NCBI GenBank assembly: GCA_964497315.1
Contig: CAZCCH010000001.1
Coordinates: forward strand, 56,106-120,105
Direction: 5' to 3'
Source of the DNA: an uncultured Planctomycetia bacterium
GTDB lineage: Bacteria > Omnitrophota > Gorgyraeia > Taenaricolales > CAZCCH01
DNA length: 64,000 nucleotides
Each line of letters begins with the position of its first letter. Within the stretch, counting starts at the first letter, position 1. A model generated the notes under the pieces. It ran no database searches. It had not been told where the DNA came from and saw only the letters and a list, made by a program, of their open reading frames with translations. This document shows, one piece after another, positions 40,237-53,192 of the stretch. A program made the translations under genes and the position numbers.

Positions 40237-40622
40237 TTGCCCCTCCTTGTTTTTACCAAATCCTGCGGCCTTAAAAGGCTTGCAGAATACGCCCGTGCGC
40301 TGTTGCGCACATAATTATCATCTGAGACAACCACTAGGTTGCCTTTATCAGAAAATCTTCTCATTAATTCTACTATCTTCTTATCTCCTTTACCTGTATC
40401 AGAAAATACATGTTCTTTTGGCTTGGGGATACCTAAGCCCCTGTATTGGTTTTGGCCATCAAAGACTACATAAACTTCTCCTACTCCACCTTTTTTTCTT
40501 TTGTATTCATTGGCCAGGTCGGTAACAGCGTCTCTTGCCTCCTGCAAGCTACTATCTGAAATATCAGATAAATAGTCAATTCTATTTATAGCATTATATC
40601 CATCTACTATTAGTATTTTCAT
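40215..40622 (-). CDS. NYN/PIN-domain ribonuclease (YacP-like)
   Basis: LIVDGYN, VVFDG, GD, VVSDD acidic motifs. Confidence 0.8.
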   Translation of the reverse strand: MKILIVDGYNAINRIDYLSDISDSSLQEARDAVTDLANEYKRKKGGVGEVYVVFDGQNQYRGLGIPKPKEHVFSDTGKGDKKIVELMRRFSDKGNLVVVSDDNYVRNSARAYSASLLRPQDLVKTRRGKCQKETL

Positions 40623-40670
40623 AGTTTATGTTATATCACCTTTCAATATAAAAAACAAGGATTTTTGATG

Positions 40671-43600
40671 TTAGACAAAGGAATCAACTATTTTTTGATG
40701 GGAATGTTCAAGGAGATCCAATAGTTCTTCGGATGGTTTAATGACTGGGTGAAAGAGAAAGCGCCGCAAGAGGGACTTTGCCACCTCAGGAGGAAAGCTA
40801 GATATGTTTAATAGGTTTATAACATCGGCTGTTTCTACTTTTATATCAAGCGCTTGAAACTGTGCAACTATTCCTGCAAGGGGCACTGCCGCATCACCGT
40901 CTTTATGCCTAATAAGTGCTTCTGCCAAAATACAATATTCTCCAACAGGTAAATATTGCAAACTATCTGTATCCGGACTTAAACTTATAGGAAGTGGAAT
41001 TGCGCCACTTTCTAAGAGTCTTTCATCAATTGTTCCTACATTAAAACCATTAACGCCTGTTATAACAACGGTTCTGTCTGTAATTTTATTAAGATTAAAA
41101 GGCTCTATTCTAAATCCATTAATTTTAAACCATGTAGTTATCTCATCAATCTTTTCTTTAAGCTTTAGGTGTTTGTAAAACCTGAGACCTTTTTGGTCAA
41201 TCATAACACTTGCCCCTAACTGAATGCGTTCTTTTGTTTCAAGGGGTTCTGGAATCTTACTATAAAAACCATCAAGGGTTTTAGTGGTGAATCTGTCTGT
41301 TTGAGATATACGCATAATTTCTTTGCCATCCGGTAAGCTAATAAGCACATGTTCTCTTTTATCATCTTCTGTAAATCTGCTCGCACTAGGTGACAAAGAT
41401 AAAAACCCATCATCATCTCTTTGCTCCAACACCTCTGAAAGGACCCTCCATTGAGCTGAGCTTTCAAATATTGGTTTTGTGGAATCATGACCTGCTACAT
41501 AAGTAATTTCTACATGTTGGGCTGGTATCTCACCGAGCATTTCAAGCTCATCTATCAAATCGCCATCTTTTAATATAACCTTTCCTTTTCTAGCTAATAT
41601 TGCTAAATCTGAAATTTTTATTCTATATCCTGCAGGTGTTGTAAATAATTGTTCAGGTACCTCAGCTGTACCTAAAGCCTTTAGCCTCCGTCTAAAACTA
41701 TGACGCGTATCTTCATCTTGCAGGGCCTTCCTCGCATAACTTGTCCACATAGGTGCTATAGAAAAACTCCTTCCTCTCCTGCCAGTTTTGGGATAACCAT
41801 AGTTAAAATTATTATCTTTGTTTATAGATATTTCTTGAGCAAGGACAAAGATTGAGCCGTGGTAAACATATCCATCGCCCCTGGTCATTAAATCCCATAG
41901 CTTGCCTATAATTGCCCAATCATCAGCCTTTATAAGTGCTGACTCGGGTATATCCAAGTGTTCAATAAGGCAATTTTTAAACTCTTTCTGTCTATCTAGA
42001 AAACTAATGCGCAAATCTTTGTTTTTTGGGTTAAAAACAAGACCACTGGCTTCTTTGGATAAATTCAGGCAACTATGAACTTTTCTATATGCCTCTTCAT
42101 AATCGCCTGCGGTTAAATCTTGTTTGATTTTAGCAATAAGGGAAGCTAAGGAAGCAATGATGAGTTCTAATTTTTCTCTTGGGTCTGATTGTGAGGAGTT
42201 TTCAGAAAATCTTGCAGCTATTTCTTCTACAAAACCTTCATTTTCTTTCTTATTATGGTCAATCTTGATTAAATCTATCCTTCTCGTCATGACTCCAGGA
42301 GCTACGGGAATAGATTTTTTTGCATGGTCGTATGGAAATGAATTGATCCTAATAGCATCTAAAACTGCAGGCCCTTCATCAGTTGGCGTACCGGCAAGTT
42401 CTTTGGTAGAATCTTCCGCAAAGCGGGCGGTGTGGCTAAATTCTGGGATATTGTCAAACCTGAGTGACTTCCATTTATGGGGTGCCTCAGCCCATTTATC
42501 ATATGCAGAGCGCAGTAATCCTGCCCTGGTTGCGTATTTACCCTGTGCTGGAACAAATAATACGCGACAGATTACCTTTATGTTTACATCACCGTCTTTT
42601 ACTTTAGTAATCTCAAGAAGATCTCCGCTTTCAGGTATGCCTACCGGCATAACCATCTTGCCACCAGGGACAAGCTGGTCCACTAACTCTTTAGGTACGC
42701 TCTTAAACATGGCAGCGCATAATATCTTATTAAAGCGCCTACCGGGAAGGCCAAGTGCGCCATCTCCTGCACGGAAAGTAACATTCTTATAGCCACCGGT
42801 AACTGTGACTGCCTCTATTGCTCGCGGCAGAAGCACATCTCTTGATTCTATCGTATGCACATGGCCTCTCGAGGCAAGCTCTGCAAGAAGCGCTGTTACA
42901 TAACCGCTACCAGTACCAACCTCAAGGATTGCGTCTGTGGGTTGAATTCCTAAATGTTGTAACATCGAAGTTGTAAGTGCTGGGTCGGAATTAGTCTGGC
43001 CTGCGCCTATATCGATAATCACCGGATCGTAACATTCCTCCCGCACAGATACAGGAACAAACCAATGGCGTTTAACCTGTCTAAATGCAGCAAGGATACT
43101 ATCGTCTATGCCGCCTGTAACACCATAGGTCTGTTGAGCCTCCAGCTGTAACTTCGCAGAGAATGGATCGAATATAGGCGGTTCGACTTCCTGTCTCTTG
43201 GTACCAAAATTCTCCAATGGTTCAACACCAATTACCCCTGAGGGGTTCCCTTCGACCAGCAAAAGGTCGTATAAAGTATTGGCATGGGTAGTAACGTATT
43301 CACGTAGATCTGCTGTAGTCAAGGCCTCCTCATCGTGCACCCAGCAGAATTGATCACTTTCATAAGCGTCGATTTTACTTAGTATGCGGCCGATGTGTTC
43401 AGGATGCCCTTCCGCAAACCGGCCGGTGGATTTGGGAAGGCGTGTCTGGTCTATCAGCGAGGCTACTGTAACGGTTTTTGTGAGTCTTCGGGGCGGGGGT
43501 TTTCTTTCTGGACTACGCCTGTCTCTTTGTCTTTTCTGTCTTCTCTGTTTCTTTGGTCTTTTCTTTTTCTCCTGTTTTATTCTGTCCCGCATCTGGTTCA

Positions 43601-44588
43601 TCCAATGCGTGTGTTTTTTTATTGACTCTTTACTGACTTCTGGATTTGTTACATAAAGACCATTTTTGTCAAAATAGCGCATAATCTCATCTAGTAGCTC
43701 TGGACTAATTTCCCCATTCCTTCTGAACTGTTCAAAATCTCTCTTAAGCTTTTCAAGTCTTTCTTGGAATTTTCTAAGTTTTTCGTTAAAGATCTTCGTT
43801 TCCATCCTCTCTACAAGTATGCTTTCCTTTATTGCTTTTTGTCTTGCTGTATTAGCAGATATTTCTGAAGCTGCCTTGAAGCTAAGGTGAACAACAACTG
43901 TTACCAGGATGCCAACAACAAAAATAGCAAGTACAGGCCCTAGCCTAACCCTGCCTTCAACCTCCGTACCTTCAGCAAAGCGGTTGGATTTGGATGATTT
44001 GCTGTCTTTAGCTCGTCCAACTCTTGTTTTAGGATCTTGAAAATACCTGCGTATAGCTACTACTTGAGGCCACGTAAATCTTTTTGCACCTCGCGATCCT
44101 CTAATTGCAGCATCTGATATATCATCGCGCCCTATTGCCCTTCTGATGTCATCGGGCACAACATCTCCTCCTATCATATCTGCTATTTCTTGCGTGGAAT
44201 ATAACTTTTGCTTTTTGGCGGGTGACGTCTTCTTCCAAACAAATACATTTCTTGTACCATCGAAACAGTCAAGCTCAAAACCAAACTTGCGCAAATGGGC
44301 ACGCACTACATCAGCATCAAGCCCAAGTGCAGGGCTTTCTGGATGGAAATCAAAAGTTGAAGAAACGGATAAAAGCGCATCTAATTTTTGCTCTTTTTCC
44401 TTTGTTGCGCTCTCGGCAAAAGAAGAAATCACATCAGCCAAAGTTCTGGTATTTCTTGTTTTGGGTGCACGGTAGGTATGCTTGGAGAGGCGGGATGAGG
44501 CGGCCAGGGCATAATCCGACCCTATGACCGAAATTGTGAAGGTCAAAAGCAGAGTTATTGCTATTGTCTTAATAAGGGAAGATTTCAT
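40671..44588 (-). CDS. Large secreted multi-module protein containing a protein-L-isoaspartate O-methyltransferase domain
   Basis: Signal peptide; PCMT motifs RHWFVP, IGAGQTNS.P, ILEVGTGSGY, GDGALG, QLVPGGKMVMPVG, VLFVP; recurring RF[AST]E linkers. Confidence 0.75.
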   Translation of the reverse strand: MKSSLIKTIAITLLLTFTISVIGSDYALAASSRLSKHTYRAPKTRNTRTLADVISSFAESATKEKEQKLDALLSVSSTFDFHPESPALGLDADVVRAHLRKFGFELDCFDGTRNVFVWKKTSPAKKQKLYSTQEIADMIGGDVVPDDIRRAIGRDDISDAAIRGSRGAKRFTWPQVVAIRRYFQDPKTRVGRAKDSKSSKSNRFAEGTEVEGRVRLGPVLAIFVVGILVTVVVHLSFKAASEISANTARQKAIKESILVERMETKIFNEKLRKFQERLEKLKRDFEQFRRNGEISPELLDEIMRYFDKNGLYVTNPEVSKESIKKHTHWMNQMRDRIKQEKKKRPKKQRRQKRQRDRRSPERKPPPRRLTKTVTVASLIDQTRLPKSTGRFAEGHPEHIGRILSKIDAYESDQFCWVHDEEALTTADLREYVTTHANTLYDLLLVEGNPSGVIGVEPLENFGTKRQEVEPPIFDPFSAKLQLEAQQTYGVTGGIDDSILAAFRQVKRHWFVPVSVREECYDPVIIDIGAGQTNSDPALTTSMLQHLGIQPTDAILEVGTGSGYVTALLAELASRGHVHTIESRDVLLPRAIEAVTVTGGYKNVTFRAGDGALGLPGRRFNKILCAAMFKSVPKELVDQLVPGGKMVMPVGIPESGDLLEITKVKDGDVNIKVICRVLFVPAQGKYATRAGLLRSAYDKWAEAPHKWKSLRFDNIPEFSHTARFAEDSTKELAGTPTDEGPAVLDAIRINSFPYDHAKKSIPVAPGVMTRRIDLIKIDHNKKENEGFVEEIAARFSENSSQSDPREKLELIIASLASLIAKIKQDLTAGDYEEAYRKVHSCLNLSKEASGLVFNPKNKDLRISFLDRQKEFKNCLIEHLDIPESALIKADDWAIIGKLWDLMTRGDGYVYHGSIFVLAQEISINKDNNFNYGYPKTGRRGRSFSIAPMWTSYARKALQDEDTRHSFRRRLKALGTAEVPEQLFTTPAGYRIKISDLAILARKGKVILKDGDLIDELEMLGEIPAQHVEITYVAGHDSTKPIFESSAQWRVLSEVLEQRDDDGFLSLSPSASRFTEDDKREHVLISLPDGKEIMRISQTDRFTTKTLDGFYSKIPEPLETKERIQLGASVMIDQKGLRFYKHLKLKEKIDEITTWFKINGFRIEPFNLNKITDRTVVITGVNGFNVGTIDERLLESGAIPLPISLSPDTDSLQYLPVGEYCILAEALIRHKDGDAAVPLAGIVAQFQALDIKVETADVINLLNISSFPPEVAKSLLRRFLFHPVIKPSEELLDLLEHSHQKIVDSFV

Positions 44589-44641
44589 TATAATGAGATA
44601 AATAGCCTTTGTCGATTATATTTCGCATATAGTTTATTATG

Positions 44642-44670
44642 ATTATATCATATATGTAATGGGAAATCAA
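44642..44670 (-). promoter_or_regulatory. Promoter for the 1305-aa gene
   Basis: TTGATT-17bp-TATAAT with TGn extension. Confidence 0.6.
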
Positions 44671-44810
44671 GGAAAAATAACTTACTTTTTTATTTCCTAA
44701 TTTCTATGATAGCCTATTTAACTTATTGTAATATAAGGAGTTATAGAAAATAATGGGTGGGTTAAAAGGATAGTGGTCTGGTTGCGACGAAATCAAAAGA
44801 GCGTTTCAAC

Positions 44811-44888
44811 TGGCGGGGGCGACGGGGCTCGAACCCGCGACCTCGAGATCGACAATCTCGCATTCTATCCAAACTGAACTACGCCCCC
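44811..44888 (-). tRNA. tRNA-Asp(GTC)
   Basis: GGGGGCG...CGAGA-TTGTCGA-TCTCG...GGTTCGAG...CGCCCCCGCCA. Confidence 0.95.
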
Positions 44889-44940
44889 GCTACAGGTTTT
44901 ATACTTATACCTTAAATTAAAGAATTTTGCAAGAAAAAAA

Positions 44941-45017
44941 TGGTGGGCGATGCAGGACTTGAACCTGCGACCTTCTGAATGTAAATCAGACGTTCTAGCC
45001 AACTGAACTAACCGCCC
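44941..45017 (-). tRNA. tRNA-Val(TAC)
   Basis: GGGCGGT...TCTGA-TTTACAT-TCAGA...GGTTCAAG...TCGCCCACCA. Confidence 0.95.
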
Positions 45018-45060
45018 AGGTGAAACGTTAATATATCACAAAGATCTGTTTTTTTCAAGA

Positions 45061-47305
<2,245 letters not shown>

Positions 47306-47306
<1 letters not shown>

Positions 47307-48817
47307 TATTTTGCAATAAACTTTTTCTTAAATTCATCTAAGGCTGACCTTATTCTCTCTCTTAACTCATCGGAAATGCGGCCCTTATGCTCTATTTCAT
47401 CAAGCAGTTTAATGTGTTCCTCGCGCATAAATGAAAGCGCTTCTGTTTCAAAGCGCTTTATATCTGAAACCGCAACTTCATCAACAACGCCTTCTGTACC
47501 TAAAAATATGCTCAATACCTGTTCTGCCATCCTCATTGGTGTGTATTGATCTTGCTTTAATATCTCGACAAGTCTCTTTCCACGCTCAAGCTGCTGAATG
47601 GTTGCCTTATCGAGTTCTGTGCCAAATTGTGCAAAGGCCTCTAGCTCTCTAAATTGTGCAAGTTCTAACCTCAAGCGACCTGCGACTTGTTTCATTGCCG
47701 GGATTTGGGCATTTCCACCAACCCTTGAAACACTCAATCCTACATTTATGGCAGGCTTTACCCCCTGATGGAAAAGATTTGTACCTAAGTATATCTGTCC
47801 GTCGGTAATTGATATAACATTTGTTGGAATATATGTTGAAACATCCCCCGCCTGGGTTTCTATTATAGGCAGCGCTGTTAATGAGCCACCACCTTGTTCT
47901 TCGCTGTATTTACACGCACGCTCTAAGAGTCTTGAATGGCAATAAAAAATATCTCCGGGGTATGCCTCTCTTCCAGGTGGACGTCTTAATAAGAGCGAAA
48001 GCTCTCTATATGCATTCGCATGTTTTGTTAAATCATCGTAAATTATTAAAACATGCTTTCCTTTGTCTCTAAAGTATTCTCCAATAGCACAGCCTGCATA
48101 GGGTACCAAATACTGCAATGGTGTTGGGTCACTAGCACATGCACTTACCACAATTGTGTAATCCATCGCCTTATTTCTTCTTAAGACATCTGCCACAGAA
48201 GCAACAGATGAGCTTTTCTGACCAATCGCAACATATATACAGATAACATCTTTGCCTTTTTGGTTTATAATTGCATCTATTGCTATTGCAGTCTTACCGG
48301 TCTGCCTATCACCAATTATTAACTCCCTCTGACCTTTTCCTATTGGGATCATCGAATCAATTGCCTTAATGCCTGTCTGAAGGGGCTCTTTTACAGGCTG
48401 GCGCTTTACAACGCCAGGGGCTATCTTTTCAATGTGCTCGCTTTTTTTGGCCTTTATAGCACCTTTGCCATCTATTGGCTGACCAAGTGCATTTACCACT
48501 CGACCTATTAATTCTTCTCCTGTTTGTATCTGTGCAATTTTTCCGGTAAGCCTTACTTCATCGCCTTCTTTTATATCTTTATCTTCACCAAAGATACATG
48601 CACCAACGATATCTTCTTCTAGATTTAATACCATACCGTATATATTATTAGGAAAAAGCAAAAGTTCACTTGCCATGGCATCATCCAAGCCAAATATCTT
48701 TGCTATGCCATCTCCTACTTCTATAACAGTTCCAATGGTAGCAGTATCCATGCGTGTTTTAAAAGACTCTATTTGCTTTTTGATTATCTGGCTTATCTCA
48801 TCAGGCTTTATCTTCAT
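47306..48817 (-). CDS. atpA: F1Fo ATP synthase alpha
   Basis: [26 protein letters not shown]. Confidence 0.98.
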
Positions 48818-48821
48818 TTTT

Positions 48822-49376
48822 TTAACCTTTGATTTTTTCTTTAAGTCTGTTTAGTTTTAACTCAAGCGTTCCATCCAAAATAGTATCCCCTATTTTTATA
48901 TACATACCACCTAAAATAGTTTTATCGTGTAACTCTTCAAGCAAAATATTTTTATTAAGCCTATTCTTCAACGCCTCTTTCAACTTTCGCCTTTGTTGAT
49001 CGCTAAGACTAACGGCTGTCTTAACAAATACCTTCTGCTGTCTCTTTTTAGCATCGTACAAATCTCTAAATCTTAAAAATACACCACGCAAAATTGCTAT
49101 TCTTTGCTTTATAAGCAAAACTTTCAAAAAGTTAAAAAACTCATCGCAAAATTTTAATTTTTCAGAAATATTTGAAAGTAGCTCAAGCTTTGCTGATATT
49201 TCTATTTCAGGATGAAAGAGGAACTTCTTCAAATCTTTATCCTGTTTGACGGCTAAAGCGAGTTCGGTAATATTTTCAAAGACCTTATCAAGCACATTAG
49301 CGTTTTCTGCTACTGCAATTAAGGCCTTGGCATATCTTTCATGTAAAATCTTTGCAGTCCCATCGCTATGATGCAT
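48822..49376 (-). CDS. atpH: F1Fo ATP synthase delta
   Basis: RYAKAL, ILGG...IGD..LDG; operon position. Confidence 0.9.
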   Translation of the reverse strand: MHHSDGTAKILHERYAKALIAVAENANVLDKVFENITELALAVKQDKDLKKFLFHPEIEISAKLELLSNISEKLKFCDEFFNFLKVLLIKQRIAILRGVFLRFRDLYDAKKRQQKVFVKTAVSLSDQQRRKLKEALKNRLNKNILLEELHDKTILGGMYIKIGDTILDGTLELKLNRLKEKIKG

Positions 49377-49848
49377 TTTGTATTTCCTTTATGCAATCAT
49401 CTATCAACGCCTGGTGTTCCCCTGGGCTAACTTCTCTGTTTAAAATCTTTTTAGTAACTGCAATGGAAACTTCCGTTATCTGTCTTTTTAATTCCTTTTG
49501 AAGGTTTTTAAATTCCTTCTGGCTATCTAGTTTGGCTATCTCTATGAAACTAGCGGCTTGCTGTTTTGCTTCTTTTATAATCTTTAGCCTTTCCGCATCA
49601 GAAACCTTGCGCATTTCTTCTTTTATCTCTAAAGCTTCTTTTTTTGCTGTATTGAGGGCTTGCTGAGTTTTTTCAGCAGCCTTTTGTGCCTCCTCTTGGG
49701 CTGTTTGGGCATTCTCTAGCATACTAGCAACAGAATCTTTCCTTTCATCCAACATCTTTATGAGGGGTTTGTACAAAAACTTAGTCATGAGCCCTAAAAG
49801 AATAAGGAAGCTTAAAATCTGTAGGATTAGTGTAAAATTTAAATTCAT
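49366..49848 (-). CDS. atpF: F1Fo ATP synthase b
   Basis: N-terminal TM, FLYKPL..MLDER, coiled coil. Confidence 0.92.
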   Translation of the reverse strand: MNLNFTLILQILSFLILLGLMTKFLYKPLIKMLDERKDSVASMLENAQTAQEEAQKAAEKTQQALNTAKKEALEIKEEMRKVSDAERLKIIKEAKQQAASFIEIAKLDSQKEFKNLQKELKRQITEVSIAVTKKILNREVSPGEHQALIDDCIKEIQNAS

Positions 49849-49866
49849 TTAACACACCTATTTTTA

Positions 49867-50133
<267 letters not shown>

Positions 50134-50142
50134 TTACCTCCT

Positions 50143-50868
50143 TTAGTCTCTTGCAACCGCAATATATGTTAGTGCCAACATACTGAAAACAAATGCCTGA
50201 ACCAAACCTACAAATAAACCAAAAAACCCTTGCAGGACTATCATGAGTCCCATCACCCCTGGTGCTAAAAACCACTTAGGGATAGATAGGATACCTGCAA
50301 TCTTAAATACAATGGGTACTGCCAAAGCAAGTATTATCCCACCGCCAAAGATATTTCCAAAAAGCCTAAAGGAATGGGATACCACTTTACCCACTTCACC
50401 AATTACATTAATTGGGAATAAAAAGAAAAATGGTTTAAAGTAATCCTTGATGTAATTAATTAAACCCTTATGCATCACTGCGGATATGTGCACTATAAAA
50501 AACACTAAAAGGCCAAATCCCAAGCAGGTATTTAAATCAGATGTAGGTGGATCTACATTAGGGATTGCACCAAGCCAATTAGAGATCAAAATAAACAAAA
50601 ACAACGTCATGACAAGCGGGAAGAATTTCTTCCAATCCTCGCCAAGTGCTTCTTTGCAGATATGGATAAAATATCCCACCAGCGTTTCAGTGGCAATCTG
50701 TATCCTGCTGGGGATAAGTTTTATCCTTGTCTTTATAAAAATAGAAAAAACAATAAGGGATATTATTATCCCCCAGGTAAAAATTAATGTAGTCGGATTT
50801 ATGGTTAGGGTAAAATCTAATCCTGGTATGTTAAAAGAAATTGTTTCTATCTGGCCTATATCATTCAT
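50143..50868 (-). CDS. atpB: F1Fo ATP synthase a
   Basis: PTSDLN, SHSFRLFGNI, VQAFVFSML. Confidence 0.95.
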   Translation of the reverse strand: MNDIGQIETISFNIPGLDFTLTINPTTLIFTWGIIISLIVFSIFIKTRIKLIPSRIQIATETLVGYFIHICKEALGEDWKKFFPLVMTLFLFILISNWLGAIPNVDPPTSDLNTCLGFGLLVFFIVHISAVMHKGLINYIKDYFKPFFFLFPINVIGEVGKVVSHSFRLFGNIFGGGIILALAVPIVFKIAGILSIPKWFLAPGVMGLMIVLQGFFGLFVGLVQAFVFSMLALTYIAVARD

Positions 50869-50871
50869 AGT

Positions 50872-51117
50872 TTACTCTATGCCAAAAAGAAGTAAAACGG
50901 CTACTACCAAAGAATATATAGCAGTAGATTCTGTTATGGCCATAGCGATAAGCATGGTCTTCATTATTTGACCTGAAGCTTTAGGCCTATCGGTCATTGC
51001 CTCAGTACCTCTCATGCCACAAAGACCAATGCCCATTGCAGGGCCTATCGCACCAAATCCCATGCATAACCCTGCGCCTATAAAAGTAACCATTTTAAGT
51101 ACTTCTTGCGCATCCAT
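50872..51117 (-). CDS. atpE: F1Fo ATP synthase c subunit (copy 2, divergent)
   Basis: GAGLCMGFGAIGP, TDRP loop, TESTAIY. Confidence 0.88.
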   Translation of the reverse strand: MDAQEVLKMVTFIGAGLCMGFGAIGPAMGIGLCGMRGTEAMTDRPKASGQIMKTMLIAMAITESTAIYSLVVAVLLLFGIE

Positions 51118-51463
51118 CTATAAATAGAATTATCCTTATTGAAATAAAGCCACTTATAACACCTACAAACATAAGCTTATCTTTAGTAAATGAGGTAATC
51201 AAAGCAAGTGCTAGAACAAAATACAGAAGGAGGAATTTACTTGCTAGGTAAATTTTTATCCTTTTGACTTGACCGGAAGTAATTTTTCTTATGCTGGTGT
51301 ATGTATTTGCAAAGCTTGCGGTGGCTACTAGAAATCCGACTATATATCCAATGGAAAAATATCGCTTGCCTAAAACAAACGATACTACTGCAACTAGTAT
51401 TGTTAAGGTGAGGGATTTCCAAAGAATGTCTAGTCTGAATTTTTCAAATGTCTTTTCTTTCAT
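51095..51463 (-). CDS. atpI: ATP synthase protein I
   Basis: Four-TM protein upstream of Fo genes. Confidence 0.7.
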   Translation of the reverse strand: MKEKTFEKFRLDILWKSLTLTILVAVVSFVLGKRYFSIGYIVGFLVATASFANTYTSIRKITSGQVKRIKIYLASKFLLLYFVLALALITSFTKDKLMFVGVISGFISIRIILFIDGCARST

Positions 51464-51662
51464 CTTTGGCAATAATCTGCTTATATACCGAAACAAACCC
51501 TGCTGCTATACCTATTAATATAAACACAATAGAAAAGATACCTTTTGTGCCAAGCCAGGTATCTATATAGCGGCCTATCCATAGAGATAATAATATGCAT
51601 ATAATGATAGTAAGGCCGACTTGCGTGACTAAGCCAAAATAGTAGAAAATGCTATTTCTCAT
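51444..51662 (-). CDS. AtpZ/AtpI-family small membrane protein
   Basis: G..ID.WLGT...F.I...LIGIAAGF two-TM pattern. Confidence 0.8.
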   Translation of the reverse strand: MRNSIFYYFGLVTQVGLTIIICILLSLWIGRYIDTWLGTKGIFSIVFILIGIAAGFVSVYKQIIAKDERKDI

Positions 51663-51666
51663 TATA

Positions 51667-51912
51667 TCACACTTTAACCAGCAAACTAACTGCTTTTTTG
51701 TTAACTTCTATAAACCCTTCTTTAATTTGGAGCTCTTTTTCTTCAGAAGGCGTGGTAATTTTAACTTTACCGGTTGCAAGTTTTGATAATAGTGGGGCGT
51801 GATTTGCCAATATAGTCATCTGCCCTTCTATGCCTGGTGCATTTACTGACGTAGCTAGGCCATGATATAGTTGGTTTTCTGGGGTGTTTATGGTAACTTC
51901 GAATTTTTTCAT
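51667..51912 (-). CDS. atpC: F1Fo ATP synthase epsilon (beta-sandwich only)
   Basis: INTPE, PGIEGQMTILANHAPL, GFIEV; ends at 81 aa. Confidence 0.88.
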   Translation of the reverse strand: MKKFEVTINTPENQLYHGLATSVNAPGIEGQMTILANHAPLLSKLATGKVKITTPSEEKELQIKEGFIEVNKKAVSLLVKV

Positions 51913-51927
51913 AAACGCCTCTTGTCT

Positions 51928-52500
51928 TTATTTTTTTGAGCCAGGTTTTGTTAACGGTATTCCTTCTTTACACAACGGACATTCTTCTAAGTTGTATGTT
52001 GGTACATTTAGTTTTATAAGGCTTTTTACACGCTGACCTGCAAAGATTAAATCTTTCCCGGATCTATCTACTATAGTGGCTACTCCGATGATATCTGCTT
52101 TATGCGCTTCGGCTATTCCTACAACCTCAGCTGTTGAACCACCTGTAGTAATTACATCCTCAACTATTAAAACCTTTTCTCTTGGGCTTATTTCAAAACC
52201 GCGTCGTAGTTGCATCTGGCCATCTTTTCTTTCAGAAAAAATGTTTCGTGCGTTAACAGCTCTGGCAACTTCATAGGCAATTGTTATACCTCCCAATGCG
52301 GGACCAATAACTACATCTATTTTTCTATCTTTATATTTTTCTGCTAAGGCAATGCCAAGTTCTTCTGAAAGCTTAGGATGTTGTAATGCAAGAGCGCATT
52401 GCAGGTATTTGCTACTATGGAGTCCACTTGAAAGTTCAAAGTGCCCCTCTAAGAATGCCTTGTGTTTTCTAAAAATATCTAGAAGATGCTGCTCGTGCAT
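51928..52500 (-). CDS. pyrE: Orotate phosphoribosyltransferase
   Basis: GHFELSSGLHS, LRRGF, VEDVITTGGS. Confidence 0.95.
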   Translation of the reverse strand: MHEQHLLDIFRKHKAFLEGHFELSSGLHSSKYLQCALALQHPKLSEELGIALAEKYKDRKIDVVIGPALGGITIAYEVARAVNARNIFSERKDGQMQLRRGFEISPREKVLIVEDVITTGGSTAEVVGIAEAHKADIIGVATIVDRSGKDLIFAGQRVKSLIKLNVPTYNLEECPLCKEGIPLTKPGSKK

Positions 52501-53192
52501 TATGCAATCTCCTTTATTATATCCCTAGCTGCCTCTGTCGGGTCTTTGGCTTCTGTTATAGGCCGACCCACTACAATGTAGTCTGCCCCATCCAAAACTG
52601 CCTGTTTCGGTGTGGCAACCCTTTTTTGATCATTGGTATCTTTCCCTCGAGGTCTTATCCCTGGGGTAACTATCAAAAACCCTTCGCCGCAAGTTTCTCT
52701 AACCAAGCTTGCTTCTTTAGGTGAGCATACCACGCCATTGCAACCTGCACTAAGTGCTAGTTTAGCAAGGGTTGCAATTTGCTCATCTGTTGATTTTGAT
52801 ACCCCTAAATCCATAAGATCTTTCTCATTTATGCTTGTTAATACTGTAACTGCTAAAACCTTTGGGCTTCGTTTATTTGCATTTGCAGCTTCTGCTGCCT
52901 TTTTCATCATCTCCAAACCACCAGATGCATGTATTGTAAGCATGGCTACATCTAATTTAGATATAGCCTCTATGGCATTTGCAACGGTATTTGGTATATC
53001 ATGCAGCTTTAAATCTAGGAATACCTCTGCACCCATTTTGTTTATGTCTTTTATTAACTCTGGTCCAAAATTAATAAATGCCTGAAGCCCAACTTTAAAA
53101 ATTCCAACATCAGGATAAAGTTTCTTTACTAAATCCTTTGCTTCTCCTATATCATTTACATCCAATGCTACAATTAACTTTTTGTTTTGCAT
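52500..53192 (-). CDS. pyrF: Orotidine-5'-phosphate decarboxylase
   Basis: VALD, FKVG, DLKLHDIPNTV, TPGIRP, VVGRPI. Confidence 0.96.
   Translation of the reverse strand: MQNKKLIVALDVNDIGEAKDLVKKLYPDVGIFKVGLQAFINFGPELIKDINKMGAEVFLDLKLHDIPNTVANAIEAISKLDVAMLTIHASGGLEMMKKAAEAANANKRSPKVLAVTVLTSINEKDLMDLGVSKSTDEQIATLAKLALSAGCNGVVCSPKEASLVRETCGEGFLIVTPGIRPRGKDTNDQKRVATPKQAVLDGADYIVVGRPITEAKDPTEAARDIIKEIA

Noticed and set aside
42124-42792. 222-aa plus-strand ORF within the 1305-aa gene
   Set aside because: Antisense to the PCMT domain, with no independent evidence
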